Below, in pieces: positions 24,360 through 37,994 of a DNA stretch of 64,000 bases; the first letter of the stretch is position 1, and each line of letters opens with the position of its first letter. Location of the stretch: positions 140,616,001 to 140,680,000 of the forward strand of contig NC_135805.1 of NCBI RefSeq assembly GCF_964213995.1, in the 5' to 3' direction. This DNA is from Mustelus asterias (Eukaryota). A model generated the notes under the pieces. That model saw only the letters and a program-made list of their open reading frames with translations, had not been told where the DNA came from and did no database searches. The position numbers and the translations under genes are program-made.

Positions 24360-26180
24360 ATCAACACAAACCAAATGTCAGATCGCCTTCTGATGTCCCA
24401 ACAACCCTAATATCATGCCATCATCAACATATCTTCTCCTCCCGTAGCTGTCAGCATTCCAAAAGAACCATACCCTCCACAATACCTTGGTCCCTTTCTT
24501 AATCATCCCTGACACCTCATATCTTTCCCATATGGCATCTACCAATTTAAATTCAGGAGATGTAACACCTGCACTTTTACCTTCTCTCTCTTCACTGTCC
24601 CAAGCCCCAAACCCTGCTTCCAAATGAAACAATGGTTCATGTGTACTTATTTCAATATAGTATACTATATTTGTTGCACACAATCCAGTCTCCTCTACCT
24701 AGGGGAGACCAAATACAGATTGGATAACCACTTCATAAAACACCTCAACCTTAGCATTACCTGAATGTGGCGTTACCTTGCCATTTTGAATCTTTGCCTT
24801 GTGGAAAATGGATCTTTCGGCCTCAGCTTGTTACATCATCCCAGTGCAGCTCACGGAAGCTTGAAGAACAGCACCTCATCTTTCAATTAGGCATTTTACA
24901 GCCTTCTGGACTTAACATTGACCTGAATTTTTTAGAATGCGAGTCTTGGCTCCCACCATCCAAAGAGACAGTTTGGAACACAGCCACGCTGACTACAGCA
25001 ACTCTGATGCTGTATTACATTCGTTTGGGAGGAAGTCCTGCCTTAAAGAGCTGCTGGTCAATCAGATTGGCTGGGGGCCCTCCAATCCTTCCAGGCACAG
25101 TGTTGCAGTAGCTAAAAGAAGCACTGCAGAGAGCTGCCTGGAACCAAGTTCCAGGACCCTAGAGGTCAGGTAAATAGCAGGGGTCCCAGGTTGGGGAGGG
25201 TAGGAAATGTATTGGGGGGTTTTTGCCAAGGGGGGCACAAGCCGGTTCGTAGGAGGTTGGGATGTCACCAACCTTAAGGGGAGAGCACCCCCAGTCAGAA
25301 AGGGCCTTCTGATGGAAGTGTCTTCCCCCAGCTTTCTGCTCGGTATTGAACTTTTTTTTTGCTTTACCTCCCCCCCCCCCCCCCCCCTCCAAAACTGTCA
25401 TCCATCCACTAGGAAAAAACTAATTCTGGGAAAGAGACCACTTAAAGGCCTTAATTGAGGCAAGGGTGGGCTTCCTGTCTGAGGCCCTACCCATCCAAGT
25501 ATGAAATCGCAACCAGATTGGGGCATAGGAAACCCAGATGGAATCCTATTTAGTACTCCACCCGCCCCCCCCCCCCACCCCACCCCCTCACCTATGGAAA
25601 AAGAATAGAAAGGTCATCCAGACTCAAAACATTGGCTCTATTCTCTCTCCCTAGATGCTGTCAGACCTGTTGAGTTTCTCCAGCATTTTCAGTTTGTTTC
25701 AGATTCCAGGATCTGCAGTATTTTGCCTTTAATTTTGGACTAAGAACTGTTTCCCAATTTTGTTTCAGTTTTTTTTAAAAACTGTGCTGGTCTTAATCTT
25801 CCTTTACATACTTTTGCTTTCAGAAACAGCTGTTCATTATTCTGCCGTTCACATCTACTTTGTACAAATATTATGTTTCTTTACCAAAACCATTACTGCT
25901 CTCTTTGCCTTTTGTACAATGAATTTTTTGTCAGTTAATTGCACCCACCCATGCCTTATCACAGACTTTCACAGATTTTCCCTTTTTGTTCTTCCTCCTT
26001 CATTGCCCCCTTTCATTTGCTTAGAACCTGTTACATTTCAATATCACCTTGCAGCTCAGAAGAAAGGTCCTTGATCTGAAACGCTAACTTGGTTTCTCTT
26101 TTCACAAATGCTGCCAAACCTGTTGAGTATTACCAGTATTTTCTGTTTATTTCAAATTTTCAGCATCAGCAGAATTTTAC
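24360..26180 (+). mobile_element. Second PLE family (GIY-YIG) interrupted by a MITE-like block at about 24935-25590
   Basis: YLGETKYRLDNHFIKHL and KLEEQHLIFQLGILQPSGLNID; pLTR-like repeats at about 25605-25730 and 26050-26180. Confidence 0.75.
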
Positions 26181-28849
26181 TTTTTCATAAAATTTGTGTT
26201 GCCTATATATCCTGGCCAGGGCTATAACTTGTTGACATTTTGCTGCTGGAACCGTGGACGCGCTTTGCTTCTTCACTCTAACTTGGCCTGAACCAGGAAT
26301 GCTGGGCAAGACAGGTACTTTACAATTTAGGCACCTTTCCATACTGTTGCTCCTCTTACTTTGGCATTGTCTGCAAATGTAACCGGATTGCTATGCCTCT
26401 CAAAGGCCCACCCAGCAAACCTTGTCAATTTTGCCAGCAACCTACCAGGGGTCCCTTATTGACAGGCTCCCAATGCCTGATTCAGAGGCAGGATGCCACT
26501 GAAATTCAACCCCTGTTTACATCCAACCCCCTTGCCCCCTCCCTGCAACTCCAATATTGCCCCACTCATGTCCCCAGGGATCCAGCATTGATTCCTGATG
26601 AAGGCCTCAGGGCATAAGGGTTGGACTGCCAGCAATGGAGACTTCCTGCTTCTGATTGGTCAGAGACTTTCGGGGCAGGCCCAATGCTGGCAAGTTAAGT
26701 GTCTGATTCTGTTCAGGCCTTCTAGACTGAAGTCATGTGAGCTCCCACCGATTCACCAACTGTGGCGGAGGGGAGAATCTTAATTTATCCCAATGTTTCC
26801 TTCCACCCCCACTCAGTATGCATCCCCCACTTAGTACTTCACCCCAGTCCCTTCTTGCCCCCCATTCACTACTCTCCAACTACTTTGTGCTGCTCACTAT
26901 TTAACCTCCTCTCACTACATTCCCTCTCCCACTTACTACTTTTGACCCCACTTACAACTTCCTCCCTCCACTCTACTTTTTCACTTACTCAGTACTTTGC
27001 TGGGCTCAGTACATTTCCCCCCCCATTCGCTACTTCATTCCCCACCTGGCATCCCTCTCTTGTCAGTACTCCTCTGTATTCAGTTTTTCATACATCCCTC
27101 TGCAAATCAATTTCCCCCACACAATTTAATTATCCACTCACTTTCACCCAATCACATCATCTTTCTCACTCAGTACATCCCCTCGCTTAGTAACTTTCCC
27201 TCTGGTGTTCCTCTCACCAGTCCCACCATTACCTACTCTCCAGGATGAGTAATTTGGAACTAACAATGATGCCAATCTCCTGTTAAGGATGTTAGCAGAT
27301 TAGCATGTCTGAACTAGAGTGGACTCTGAACAGTTTCAGGTTGGTTGCTAATTATAATTTCATACTTTCTCCATGATAGTCAAGTCTTAACATTGTATTT
27401 TGCTCAGTTTACAACATTCATATCACCTTAGCAATGACGACTCCTGTTGGCTTACTGAAGAAGCATGCCATTTGTTTAGTCCCTGACCTGTGCTGAGTTT
27501 GCAGACATGCCTATTAACCTCAAAGATCTTGGATTAGGAAGGAGGAATGGCTGCTTGAATGTGTTTGGCCATGGGTTCCGCTGTCGGTTCGGCCATGGGC
27601 CCTGAGAAGAGCCAAGGCCGATGGAGCACGAGAGGGGGGGTGAGGCTGAGAGTGGTGAAGAGGCGAGAGTGGGTGTGGTGAGAGAGTGGGTGCTCCCATT
27701 AAAAATAACCAAATGAAGGTAAGACATGGAAGCATTTGTTGAATAACATAACTTTATTATAATAAATGTGTACATGTAAGACATAGAAACATCTTTTATG
27801 TATGTTTTTGTATATTTGTACTTGTGGCAATAATCATTTTTCTGGTTTAATTTTTCAATACAATACGAATATTTCTCAGGACTTCCTTCAGCGCTTTTGG
27901 GAGGTCAAAAGGTTTCGCAGCTGGAAAAGTTTGGGAAACCCTGTGTTTACAGATTGAGTTAAGTTGTTGTGCTTTACAGCCCGCTAACCAAAAGGAGGAA
28001 ATGTCACAAACCAACTGACTTTAAAAAAGGTTGCATTGCAGTGAAAGCATGTCACAGACAACCTGAACAAGCAGAGAGTAGGAATCCTCCACTAAGTCAG
28101 AGGAAGTCCTGACCTCGACAGTTGCTGACCAACCTGATTGACCAGCAGCTCTAGCAGTCCTAACCACACCAGAGGTCAGTAATGTTCCCACAATGAAGAA
28201 AGCAATGGATCTTGAAATCCGCTAAGTCTTGAACAGGGGGGAAATCAGACAGCTTTGGGAGGGAAGTGAGGAAGATGGAGGGGTGAGTTTTGGAATCCAG
28301 ACAGAAACCACAGACGAGGGATGTCATCTGGAGGGGGTGCCCCGATACACACCAGTGACCTCCTGAAAGATATACAACTTCATCCTTTCAGTTTCCTCAC
28401 CTCAGATAGTGAAAAAGTGGACACCCTACTTTTGCCCCTGCCTTCCCATGCCATGGGTGGGCAGTGTAATAATATTCTGGTCAATTGGCTTGTTCTGGTT
28501 GCTGAGAAATCACAGCCTGTTGAGTTGAATGATTATCGGCCAGTTACTCTTGCAAGTCATAAAATGTTTCAAGCACATTGTGCCAAAACGTCTTTTTGAC
28601 CCTTTTGTTCCACATATTGATTAGAAACAATTTGTCTATCAACCTCGAAAGTCAATGGACAATGCTGTTCTGACCGTGGTCCACTTGATCCACAGCACAC
28701 GGATAAATTAGGCAACAATGCTTGTGTTACGGTTGTTGATTTCTCTTCAGTTTCAATATCATGCAACCATTGAAGCTTATTAAAAAATTGAAAAACCTTG
28801 ATGCTCTCCTGCTTTGGATCAGAGAGTTCCTTTGCAACAGGACCCAACG

Positions 28850-30000
28850 CTATTTAAAAACAGAGGTAGCAGGAAAACAGGAATTATAAACCAGTAAACC
28901 AGACGCCAGTAGTGGGGAACATTCTAGAATCCTGTATACTGACATGGATAGGAAACTGGTTGGCAGACAGGAAATAAGCAATAGGAATAAACGGATCTTT
29001 TTCCTAATGGCAGGCAGTGACTAGTGGGGTACCGCAGGAATCAGTGCTGAGACCCTAGCTATTCACTATATAAATTATTTAGATGGGGGAGCTAAATGTT
29101 ATATCTCCAAATATGCAGATGAGACAAAACTGGGTGGGAGGGTGAGCTGTGCGGAGGATGCAGAGATCCTTCAGTGTAATTTGGACAAGTTGAGTGAGTG
29201 GGCAAATGAATAGCAGTATAATTTGGATAAACCTGAGATTATCCACTTTGGTAGCAGATTACTATCTGAATGGCCATAAATTAGGAGAGGGGAATGTGCA
29301 ACAGGACCTGGGTGTCCTTTTACACCAGTCACTGAAGGTAAGCATGCAGTTGCAGCAGGCAGTAAGAGGCAAATGGTATGTTGGGCTTCATAGCGAGAGG
29401 ATTCGAGTGTAGGAACAGGGGTGTTTTGCTGTAATTATACAAGGCCTTGGTGAGACCACACCTGGAGTACTGTGTGCAGTTTTGGTCTATTTATCTGAGG
29501 AAGGATGCTCTTGCTGTGGAGGGAGTGCAGAGAAGGTTTACCAGACTGATTCCTGGGATGGCAGGACTGAAGTATGAGGAGAAATTGAGTCAATTAGGAT
29601 TGTATTCGCTGGAGTTCAGATGAATTGAGGGGGGGATCTCCGAGAAACCTATAATACTCTAACAGTAGTAGACATGGTAGATGAAAGAAGAATGTTCCCG
29701 ATGGTGGGGGTGTGTAGAACCAGAAGTCACAGCCTGAGGATACAAGGAAGACCATTTAGGACAAAGATGAGAAATTGTTTCACCCTGAGAGTGGTCAGCC
29801 TGTGGAATTCACGACCACAGAAAGTAGTTGACACCAAAACATTGCATGTTTTCAAGAAGCAGTTGGATATAGCATTTGGGTTGCAGGAGATCAAAGGATG
29901 TGGGGGAAATGCGGGATCAGGTTATTGAGGTCGATGATGATAATGAATGGCAGAGCAGGCTTGAATGGCCTCCTCCTGCTCCTATATTCTATGTTTCTAT
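28850..30000 (+). mobile_element. Older degenerate CR1
   Basis: NYKPVN, GVPQESVL and LVRPHLEYCVQFW motifs, CR1 3'UTR and TTCTATG tail. Confidence 0.85.
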
Positions 30001-30006
30001 ATAATA

Positions 30007-30320
30007 CGGTGGCTCAGTGGTTAGCACTGCTGCCTCACAGCGACTGGGTTTAATTCCAGCCTTGGGGACTGTCTGTTTGGAGTTTGTCCGTTCTCTCGGT
30101 GTCAGCTTGGGTTTCCTCCAGGTTCTCCAGTATCCTTCCACAGTCCAAAGATGGGCAGGTTAGGTAGATTGCCCATGCTAAATTGCCTCTTAGTGTCCAA
30201 ACATGTGTAAGTTAGGGGGATTAGCGAGATAGATGTTTGGGGTTACGGGGATAGGGCAGAAGGTCTGTCGAAGAGTAGGTGTTCACTTGATGGGCCTCCT
30301 CCTGTACTATAGGGATTCAA
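30007..30320 (+). mobile_element. V-SINE/HE1-like tRNA SINE
   Basis: GGTGGCTCAGTGGTTAGCACTGCTGCCTCACAGCG head; core as in the 13965 copy. Confidence 0.85.
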
Positions 30321-30479
30321 TGAATCTGAAACAACATGAGTTCCTCCCCCGAATTTACTCGGAGCCCATGTTAACGAATACTGGATCTTCTCAGGGCTCT
30401 GTACTTTCACCTTTGCTTTTCATCCTCTATATAAATGATTGTTGATCAGAGTAAAATGATATAACAATCCTGAAATGAC

Positions 30480-32600
30480 GGGTAAATTGGAAGGAGGCAT
30501 TCTTGGGGAAAAGTACCGAAGGAAAGTGGAGGATTTTCAAGGAATGTTTGTCTGGAGCTCTGCATGACAACGTTCCGATGAGACAGGGGGGTGTTGGTAG
30601 GGTACGGGAACCGTGGTGCACGAAGGTTGTGATGAACCTGGTGAATAAGAAAAGAGAGGCGTACAGAAGGTTCAGAGAGCTAGGAGGTGTTAAGGATTTA
30701 GAGGAGTATACGGGATGTAGGAAGGAGCTTAAGAAGGAAATTAGGAGAGCGAGAAGGGGTCATGAGAAGACCTTGGCGGGTAAGATTAAGGAGAATCCCA
30801 AGGCTTTCTACAAATATGTCAAGAGTAAAAGGATGAGATGTGAAGGCATAGGACCCTTAAAAGGTGAAGGGGGAAAAGTTTGTGCGGAACCGTTAGAAAT
30901 GGCGGAGGTGCTTAATGAATACTTTACCTCGGTATTCACGGTGGAAAGGGATCTGGGTGGTTGTTCTGCTGGTTTGCGGTGGACAGAAAGGACAAAAAGG
31001 ATCGAGCATGTGGACATAAAGAAAGAGGATGTGTTGGAACTATTGAATGGCATCAAGGTTGGTAAGTCGCCGGGACCGGATGGGATGTACCCCAGGTTAC
31101 TGTGGGAGGCGAGGGAGGAGATTGCGGAGCCTTTGGCGATGATCTTTGCATCGTCGATGGAGACGGGAGAGGTTCCGGAGGATTGGAGGATTGCAGATGT
31201 GGTCCCTATATTCAAGAAAGGGAACAGGGACAGCCCGGGAAATTACCGACCGGTGAGTCTAACCTCAGTGGTTGGTAAGTTGATGGAGAGGATCCTGAGA
31301 GACAGGATTTATGATCATCTAGAGAAGTTTAGTATGATCAAAAGTAGTCAGCACGGCTTTGTCAAGGGCAGGTCGTGCCTTACGAGCCTGGTTGAGTTCT
31401 TTGAAAATGTGACCAAACACATTGACGAAGGAAGAGCGGTGGATGTGGTCTATATGGACTTCAGCAAGGCGTTCGATAAGGTCCCCCATGCAAGACTTCT
31501 TGAGAAAGTGAGAGGATCCAAGGGGCTGTTGCCTTGTGGATCCAGAACTGGCTTGCCTGCAGAAGGCAGAGAGTGGCTGTGGAGGGGCCTTTCTCTGCAT
31601 GGAGGTCAGTGACCAGTGGAGTGCCCCAGGGATCTGTTCTGGGATTTTTGCTGTTTGTCATTTTCATAAATGAGGAAGTGGAGGGATGGGTTGGTAAGTT
31701 TGCTGACGACACCAAGGTAGGTGGTGTTGTGGATAGTTTGGAGGGATGTCAGAAGTTGCAGCGAGACATAGATAGAATGCAAGACTGGGCGGAGAAGTGG
31801 CAGATGGACTTCAACCCGGATAAGTGTGTAGTGATCCATTTTGGCAGATCCAATGGGATGAAGCAGCAGTATAATATGAAGGGTACCATTCTTAGCAGTG
31901 TAGAGGATCAGAAGGACCTTGGGGTCCGGGTCCATAGGACTCTTAAATCGGCCTCGCAGGTGGAGGATGCGGTCAAGAAGGCGTATGGCGTACTAGCCTT
32001 CATTAATCGAGGGATTGAGTTTAGGAGTCGGCAGATAATGCTGCAGCTTTATAGGACCCTGGTTAGACCCCATTTGGAGTACTGCGCGCAGTTCTGGTCA
32101 CCTCATTACAGGAAAGATGTTGAAGCCATTGAAAGGGTGCAGAGGAGATTTACAAGGATGTTGCCTGGATTGGGGGGCATGCCTTATGAGGATAGGTTGA
32201 GGGAGCTTGGTCTCTTCTCCCTGGAGAGACGAAGGATGAGAGGTGATCTGATAGAGGTTTACAAGATGTTGAGAGGTCTGGATAGGGTAGACTCTCAGAG
32301 GCTATTTCCAAGGGCTGAAATGGTTGCTACGAGAGGACACAGGTTTAAGGTGCTGGGGGGTAGGTACAGAGGAGATGTCAGGGGTAAGTTTTTCACTCCG
32401 AGGGTGGTGGGTGAGTGGAATCGGCTGACGTCGGTGGTGGTGGAGGCAAACTCGTTGGGGTCTTTTAAGAGACTTCTGGATGAGTACATGGGATTTAATG
32501 GGATTGAGGGCTATAGATAGGCCTAGAGGTAGGGATATGATCAGCGCAACTTGTGGGCCGAAGGGCCTGTTTGTGCTGTGGCTTTCTATGTTCTATGTTC
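30480..32600 (+). mobile_element. 2.1-kb 5'-truncated CR1 ORF2 with one frameshift near 31515
   Basis: ORFs 30503..31612 and 31534..32520 together give the linker and complete RT; (TTCTATG)n tail. Confidence 0.95.
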
Positions 32601-32679
32601 TAATATGGTACTTGTGGGTCTCGTAAGGAATAAAAAAGGAAACTGTAGGATCTCGCAGTTTGTAAAATGGTATGAATTT

Positions 32680-33208
32680 TTTTTAAATTCACTTGTGGGA
32701 CATGGGCATTGCTGGCTGGCTAGCATTTATTGCCTATCCCTGGTTGCCCTTGAGAAGGTGGTGGTGAAGTGCCTCCTTGAAACACTGTAGTCTACGTCTG
32801 TGGGTTGACCCACAAAGCCGTTAGGGAGGGAATTCCAGGATTTTGACCCAGCGACTGTGAAGGAACGGTAATATTTTCAAGTCAGGATGGTGAGTGGCTT
32901 GGCAGGGATCTTGCAGATGATGCTGTCCCCATGCATCTGCTACCCTGTCCTTCCAGATCAAAGTGATTGTGGGTTTGGAAGGTGCTGTCTAAGGATCTTT
33001 GATGAATTGCTGCAGTGCATATTGTAGATAGCACACACTGCTGCTACTGAGCGTCGGTGGTGGAGGGAGTGGATGTTTGTAGATGTGGTGTCAATCAAGC
33101 GGGTTTCTTTGTCCTGGATGGTGTCAAGCTTCTTCAGTGTTGTTAGAACTGCACTCATCCAAGCAAGTGGTGAGTATTCCATCACACTCCTTACTTGTGA
33201 CTTGTAGA
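32680..33208 (-). mobile_element. 3' fragment of the LINE family at 41280-42450
   Basis: MMEYSPLAWMSAVLTTLKKLDTIQDK. Confidence 0.85.
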
Positions 33209-33720
33209 TAATTCTCTTAAATTGAATGAAAACAAGACATAATAACTAATTATAGACTTTACGAAAAAGCCAGTTAATTATATTGTTCCTTGAAGATTCA
33301 TAATGTGGACAGTGAAATAGTTACTATGATTACCTAGGTATCAAAGTAGATGACAAGTTGAATTGGAGGGAGGGAGCAGTACATAATGTACTGTGGTGAC
33401 CAAGGAACATACAAATTTATGCTACATTAGAAAATTAAAATCTTTTTGAGTAGACCCCACAATCATCTGACTCTTCTATACTGCTCTAGTTTGCAGTGTA
33501 AAGGTTAATGTGGGACTGAGTCCAATATCACCCAGTGATGGAGGAGAATATATTACCTACACCCAGGATCAGTTGAGTGTTAAACAGTTGTGTGAACCAG
33601 CAAGCATGGAGACAGCTCGTAGCTTGTTCCCTTCACTGTGCATTTGTAAGTAGTTCTAAGAGTCAATAAAGACTTGCAGTTAACTTACTTATGATTACAA
33701 AGATTTCTTCAGACGTACTG

Positions 33721-35441
33721 GGAACTTGTGTATGGAGTCAGTAAAGATAGGCGAGGTGAAGAATGAATACTTTTCTTCAGTGTTCACCAAGGAGAGGGGC
33801 CATGTTTTTGAGGAAGAGAAGGTGTTACAGGCTAATAGGCTGGAGGAAATAGATGTTCGGAGGGAGGATGTCCTGGCAGTTTTGAATAAACTGAAGGTCG
33901 ATAAGTCCCCTGGGCCTGATGAAATGTATCCTAGGATTCTTTGGGAGGCAAGGGATGAGATTGCAGAGCCTTTCGCTTTGATCTTTGGGTCCTCGTTGTC
34001 CACAGGGATGGTGCCAGAGGACTGGAGAATGGCGAATGTTGTTCCTCTGTTTAAGAAAGGGAATAGAAATGACCCTGATAATTATAGACCGGTTAGTCTT
34101 ACTTCGGTGGTTGGTAAATTGATGGAAAAGGTCCTTAGAGATGGGATTTACGACCATTTAGAAAGATGCAGATTAATCCGGGATAGTCAGCACGGATTCG
34201 TGAAGGGCAAGTCGTGCCTCACAAATTTGATAGAATTTTTTGAGGAGGTAACTAAGTGTGTTGATGAAGGTAGGGCAGTTGATGTCATATACATGGATTT
34301 TAGTAAGGCGTTTGATATGGTCCCGCATGGTCGGCTTATGATGAAAGTGAGGAGGTGTGGGATAGAGGGAAAGTTGGCCGATTGGATAGGTGACTGGCTG
34401 TCTGATCGAAGACAGAGGGTGGTGGTCGATGGAAAATTTTCGGATTGGAGGCAGGTTGCTAGCGGAGTGCCGCAGGGGTCAGTGCTTGGTCCTCTGCTCT
34501 GTGATTTTTATTAATGACTTAGAGGAGGGGGCTGAAGGGTGGATCAGTAAATTTGCTGATGACACCAAGATTAGTGGAGTAGTGGATGAGGTGGAGGGCT
34601 GTTGTAGGCTGCAAAGAGACATAGATAGGATGCAAAGCTGGGCTGAAAAATGGCAAATGGAGTTTAACCCTGATAAATGTGAGGTGATTCATTTTGGTAG
34701 GACTAATTTAAATGTGGATTACAGGGTCAAAGGTAGGGTTCTGAAGACTGTGGAGGAACAGAGAGATCTTGGGGTCCATATCCACAGATCTCTAAAGGTT
34801 GCCACTCAAGTGGATAGAGCTGTGAAGAAGGCCTATAGTGTGTTAGCTTTTATTAACGGGGTTGGAGTTTAAGAGCCGTGGGGTTATGCTGCAACTGTAC
34901 AGGATCTTGGTGAGACCACATTTGGAATATTGTGTGCAGTTCTGGTCACCTCACTATCAGAAGGATGTGGAAGCGCTGGAAAGAGACTTACCAAGATGCT
35001 GCCTGGTTTGGAGGGTAGGTCTTATGAGTAAAGGTTGAGGGAGCTAGGGCTATTCTCTCTGGAGCGGAGGAGGCTGAGGGGAGACTTAATAGAGGTTTAT
35101 AAAATGATGAAGGGGATAGATAGAGTGAACGTTCAAAGACTATTTCCTTGGGTGGATGGAGCTATTACAAGGGGGCATAACTATAGGGTTCGTGGTGGGA
35201 GATATAGGAAGGATATCAGAGGTAGGTTCTTTACGCAGAGAGTGGTTGGGGTGTGGAATGGACTGCCTGCAGTGATAGTGGAGTCAGACACTTTAGGAAC
35301 ATTTAAGCGGTTATTAGATAGGCACATGGAGCGCACCAGGATGATAGGCAGTGGGATAGCTTGATCTTGGTTTCAGATAAAGCTCGGCATAACATCGTGG
35401 GCCGAAGGGCCTGTTCTGTGCTCTACTGTTCTATGTTCTAT
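33721..35441 (+). mobile_element. 5'-truncated CR1 with 6-bp TSD GTACTG
   Basis: RT ORFs 33726..34514, 34390..34872 and 35035..35364; GTACTG at 33715-33720 and 35442-35447. Confidence 0.95.
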
Positions 35442-37234
35442 GTACTGAACCACAACCAACACCCTACACAACGGTGGCAGCTTGTGGAAAACCCAAGATC
35501 TTGCAGATATTAGAAAGGAAAGCTAAGATGCTCAGAAAAAAATTAACAATGCAGTCTGACCTGAAAATAAGCTCCAGGAGTAGAGGCACAGGGGAAACAT
35601 CACCAGGAAAAAACTACAGAGAAAGGCTTGGAAGCTGAAGGCAGAAATTTAAAATTCCTTACTGAAGCAGAAGAATCCATTGAATCTCCTTTGGGAGTCC
35701 AGCTTCAAATCCCAGACTACAGAGCTTGCAGGTTAAGCAGAGGTGAGCTAAATCCTTGAAAGTTCCAAGCAACAGCAAGTCCTGAGAAATCTTTAAATAA
35801 TTCAGAGTCAGAAGTACAGTTTGAACAAACCTGTTGCTAAAATCTGATTACTGAGTTGTAGATAAACGTGTTGTATCTGAGCTTTGTCACGAAGGAAAAA
35901 AAGAATTAATTAAAAAACATCCTGGAAAATTGCAACTTCTAAACTCAGCTGAGAGCAAGCAAAAGCCAGGATTCACCAAATATGTGTCTTTAAAGTAAAA
36001 CACTGAGCGACAAAATTCAGCAGGCAGTCAATATAGGAAGCAATTGTTAACATTTTCTTTTTTAAGCTGAGTACAATTGCCCTAATAATGGAGCTTCAAG
36101 ACCTGGCAAGCAAAGGAAATCCCTTTGTCTCCAAGTGAATGGTGACACCATCTTGATATTCAGACAGCTCTTAAAGCAGAACCAACATGGATCGGAATCT
36201 TCACTTACAAATTAATTTGGAATAATCCAAGCCCCAGTTCAATCACATAATTGGGGACTTTGGGAGGATAAGATTCCTAATATACAGCATCACTTCAAAG
36301 TCAGAAGCAGTGTCGGCTTATCACACTGCTTTATTCAGTTGGCCCAATTGAAGAAGATATTATTGCAAGTCAGGGAATCAAGGAAGTATCTGTCAAATTT
36401 GAAGTACTAAAATAATTTGACTCTTATACTCAGAAGAGTGAAATTTAACAAGTGAGTTCAGCAGCCTGTTGATATGTTCATCAATGGTATGTGCAGTATG
36501 GCAGAAGGTTGCGAATATGGAGTCTTAAAATTTGAACTCAGAACAGCGGTAGGAATAACAGATGATACATTCTGATCTCATACAAGCAAAGGAATATCTA
36601 ACCCTGGAAAGGCAATCCAGGTAGTTACATAGTCAGAACTCTGTGAACAGCACTAAATTATTTTAAGGGGAGAAAAGGCCAACCCACAGTTCAGTTAGTT
36701 AAGCAATAAAAAAAACTAGGACATTCCAGGCCAAGGAAAGCAATAGCTGTACCAGGTAGCAGAGCAACTATGCCACACTGTGGAATAAAGCGCCTTCAAA
36801 GTGAAATCAATGTCCTGCAATTTCAGCCTATTGCTTTCAGTGCAATAGGATTGGACACTACGGCTGCAGTTTTAACAGCTCACCCGCCCATCGATGGGTG
36901 GAGTGAGCTGATAAAATCACGCGACAGCCGAGAAATAAGGATCATGCCCGATTTCTCGACTCTCGCGATCTTACTGGCACCGGATTTCCGGCACGGTCAG
37001 CCTTGCCCATTTCTGGCGAGAGGCTGAATAATTTATTTAAATAGTGATTTGCATCTGTTTGGCGAACCCGGCACTCAATTGTCCGGGCTCACTTGTTTTT
37101 ATTACCTTTTCGGGAGAGGTTCCCTCCGGGGAGGAAAACACCTGCTCCCCATGATGGGGAACAGTCGTGTTGCCTTCACTGGTCGAACTGGAGGCCATTG
37201 AGGCTCCCCTCGGGAGGTCGATAGCTAGGGGGAG

Positions 37235-37994
37235 GGTAAACACAGTAAGAAGTCTCACAACACCAGGTTAAAGTCCAACAGGTTTATTTGGTAGCAAATA
37301 CCATAAGCTTTCGGAGCACTGCTCCTTTGTCAGATGGAGTGGAAATGTGCTCTCAAACAGTGCACAGACACAGAAATCAAATTACAGAATACTAATTAGA
37401 ATGCAAATCTCTACAGCCAGCCAGGTCTTAAAGGTACAGACAATGTGGGTGGAGGGAGCATTCAACACAGGTTAAAGAGATGTGTATTGTCTCCAGACAG
37501 AACAGCTAGTGAGATTCTGCAAGACCAGGGGGCAAGCTGTGGGGGTTACTGATAATGTGACATAAATCCAACATCCCGATTTAGGCCATCCTCATGTGTG
37601 CGGAACTTGGCTATCAGTTTCTGCTCAGCGACTCTGCGCTGTCGTGTGTCATGAAGGCCGCCTTGGAGAACACTTACCTGAAGATCCAAAGGCTGAATGC
37701 CCGTGACTGCTGAAGTGCTCCCCCACAGGAAGAGAAGAGTCTTGCCTGGTGATTGTCGAGCGGTGTTCATTCATCCGTTGTCGTAGCGTCTGCATGGTTT
37801 CCCCAATGTACCATGCCTCGGGACATCCTTTCCTGCAGCGCATCAGGTAGACAACGTTGGCCGAGTTGCAAGAGTAGGTACTGTGTACCTGGTAGATGGT
37901 GTTCTCACGTGAGATGATGGCATCCGTGTCAATGATCCGGCACGTCTTTCAGAGGTTGCTGTGGCAGGGTTGTGTGGTGTCGTGGGAGGGTGGC
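37235..37994 (-). mobile_element. 5'-truncated PLE with most of the GIY-YIG endonuclease, inside a Harbinger-type MITE (about 36862-38666)
   Basis: NVVYLMRCRKGCPEAWYIGETMQTLRQRMNEHR..AEQKLIAKFRTHEDGLNRD*, followed by a pLTR. Confidence 0.92.
37301..37337 (-). ncRNA. Minimal hammerhead motif with a core substitution
   Basis: CCAU-CUGACAA-A-GGAGC-AGU-GCUCC-GAAA-GC-UU-AUGG; G8>A, likely CpG decay. Confidence 0.65.

Larger units (their letters stand above)
28490..33500 (+). mobile_element. Rex1/Babar-like RT split into four pieces by nested insertions
   Basis: NDYRPVTLAS (about 28530), NTGSSQGSVLSPLLFILYINDC (about 30377-30442), NMVLVGLV (about 32602), LKLNENKT..YLGIKVDDKLNW (about 33215-33366), in RT order. 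Confidence 0.7.
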
